Source: an uncultured Chthonomonadaceae bacterium | GTDB taxonomy: Bacteria > Armatimonadota > Chthonomonadetes > Chthonomonadales > Chthonomonadaceae | Direction of reading: 5' to 3' | Assembly: GCA_963817895.1 (NCBI GenBank) | Contig: CAWFQB010000014.1 | Span: 480,001 to 544,000, forward strand | Length of the DNA: 64,000 nt | Shown: in pieces, positions 62,270 through 64,000 of the stretch | How positions within the stretch are numbered: the first letter of the stretch is position 1 | Layout of the letters: each line of letters starts with the position of its first letter | Notes under the pieces: generated by a model | The model's input: only the letters and a program-made list of their open reading frames with translations | The model's database searches: none | Told to the model about the DNA's origin: nothing | Made by a program: the position numbers and the translations under genes

Positions 62270-62467
62270 AAAATTTTCCGAACACATTGCGACTGAACCG
62301 CTGCGAACTTTGTTGTACGCGATTTGTTTGTACAATGAGGCGTTATTTACATGTAAACAGCGGCCTGCACTCGTCAAATTACCTTATAAAAGGTACAGAC
62401 GTACAACCCGCCGATGTCATATAATGCTTTTATCGGTTGGTCTGCTGTTACAGGAGGAGAGACGACG

Positions 62468-64000
62468 ATGACCAAACCACGCAAGACCACAGGCAGAACG
62501 CGACAGCCGAAAAAGAGTGACGCCTTGCCCGCGCCACAAAACTATGTGTTCTACGACCGCGGCGACACCTCCAAAGACACCCTGACGACAACTTTGTGGC
62601 TGGCTGCCGAGGCTCTGGTTCATCGGCTCTGCCCACCAGATGAAAGCCATTCCCCGGCCACCCACGCGGCTGCGAAGGATGGCATCATTGCCATGCTCGT
62701 AGATGATGTTGACGGCCTGCTTCGTATCATCGCGCAAATTCGCGATTGGAGCGATCATAGCCCCAACCACCGGGAGCTGCTGTCACAGATGGTTGCCGCG
62801 TATGGCGATGGCGAAATCCTGAAGGCGTTGTTCTGCCGCCTGTTCCCGGATCAGCCCGTCATGCGCCATCTGGACGCCGATAGTCGGCCTATTCTGTCGG
62901 ACCGGGAAGTAGAGATACTGCGTGAGGCGGCAGGCGACCGCTCCCACGAGGAGATTGCGGAGACGCTTGGTATCTCTCCTCAAACTGTCAACGCGCATTT
63001 CAAAAATATCTACGCCAAATTGGAGGTAAAGCGTCCCTTGCGAGCGGCAGCCCCGCGGTCGCTCTCGGCTATCTGGACATGAACGCGCTGGACTTCCTCG
63101 AAGCGGTCCGCGCAGGGTTCGTCGCATGATTTCAGCCTATTTCGCTATCTGGTTTCTAAATCGGATGGCAGACATAAGGCATTTGGCGAATATGGACTGA
63201 ATACGACAGCCGCTTTCGGACTGTTGCTTCTTGCCCTCAGCGGCGCGGCAGAACAAACAGCGCGCTATCATCTAACTCGCCCGGCGCTTTGGCGCGGCCT
63301 GATTTGCGAAACGAACGCAGCCGGCAATGTTGTCCGCTCGTTCGGCATGGACAGGCTATACAAAGCATCCGGTCTGACGGTCGCGCCGCCCTGTGCCGTC
63401 CGGCAGGGATTCATGTCCGGCAACCTGTTCGTTCTGAATAATTCTACTCCACAAAGCGGCCTGGGCTGTACTGAAATTGTGGAGTTCACGCCTGAAGGCA
63501 GGTTCGTACGCGCATTCATGGGCGGCAGGGACATGGAAACGCGCCTGACGTTAGGCCATGCGCTTACCTTCGCCGCCGATGGGTCTCTGCTGGCAGCCAC
63601 TGCCGGCCCCAGCCTGCGGTTCTGCAAGGGCGGCGCTATCGTTCAGCCCTTTGCCGGATGCGCGAGCGGCGTTTGCGTGGATACGGCAGGAAACGTTTAC
63701 GTGGCCCAGACAAGTTCTTTAGGCTGTGTCATCAGCAAGCACAAACCGGATGGAAGCCAAATCCTTACATTCGGCACGACCCCGGCAGGCATCAACTATG
63801 GCGGTATGGCCGTTGATTCCTGTGGATATGTCTACATTATCCGACGCGACTTGGATTGCTGTGAACTCAACATATACGATACGGAAGGAGTGCTACAAAA
63901 CACCCTGAACATTCAGGGCCTACACCCTGGAGTTCCTGCAATTGATGCGCAAGACCGTCTGTACCTTCCCTGTTCTCACACCAGTGATATCAAGGTATAC
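62468..64000 (+). CDS. LuxR-type HTH protein probably fused to an NHL/beta-propeller domain (frameshifts; 3'-truncated by window edge)
   Basis: LSDREVEIL...IAETLGISPQTVNAHFKNIYAKL; downstream open frame with GVCVDTAGNVYVA, GMAVDSCGYVY, AIDAQDRLY. Confidence 0.6.

Overview
Bacterial chromosomal window with no rRNA, tRNA, CRISPR or transposase gene. It is probably from Armatimonadota, inferred from a DUF1559 prepilin/H-X9-DG protein and PEP-CTERM/exosortase genes. Many conserved genes carry single-base frameshifts that look like long-read consensus errors. Contents in order: end of a hydantoinase B/oxoprolinase gene; PIN toxin-antitoxin pair; uvsE; an arginine biosynthesis region (argC-GNAT-argJ...argB...argD...argF-argG) interspersed with unrelated genes; a beta-helix secreted protein; a PEF-variant CTERM protein/exosortase/EpsI/PPIase cassette; a TPR-ExbB-ExbD-vWA operon; a DUF1559/small lipoprotein/YncE cluster; msrB; an AAA ATPase + TOPRIM-like pair; yhcG with an hsdS remnant; carbohydrate-active secreted proteins; two YsnF genes; an ergothioneine cluster (egtD, egtB, divergent egtE-like); a PadR locus; a stand-alone 5'-3' exonuclease; and a LuxR-NHL fusion running off the end. 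The most notable unannotated signal is a 22-codon Arg-rich leader ORF (RRRQR) with mutually exclusive hairpins and a U-tract upstream of argC, consistent with ribosome-mediated attenuation of arginine biosynthesis. The intergenic DNA also carries several families of miniature inverted-repeat elements: one with a perfect 8-bp target duplication, one nested inside another repeat with the empty site visible elsewhere in the window, and one with compensatory base changes between copies.
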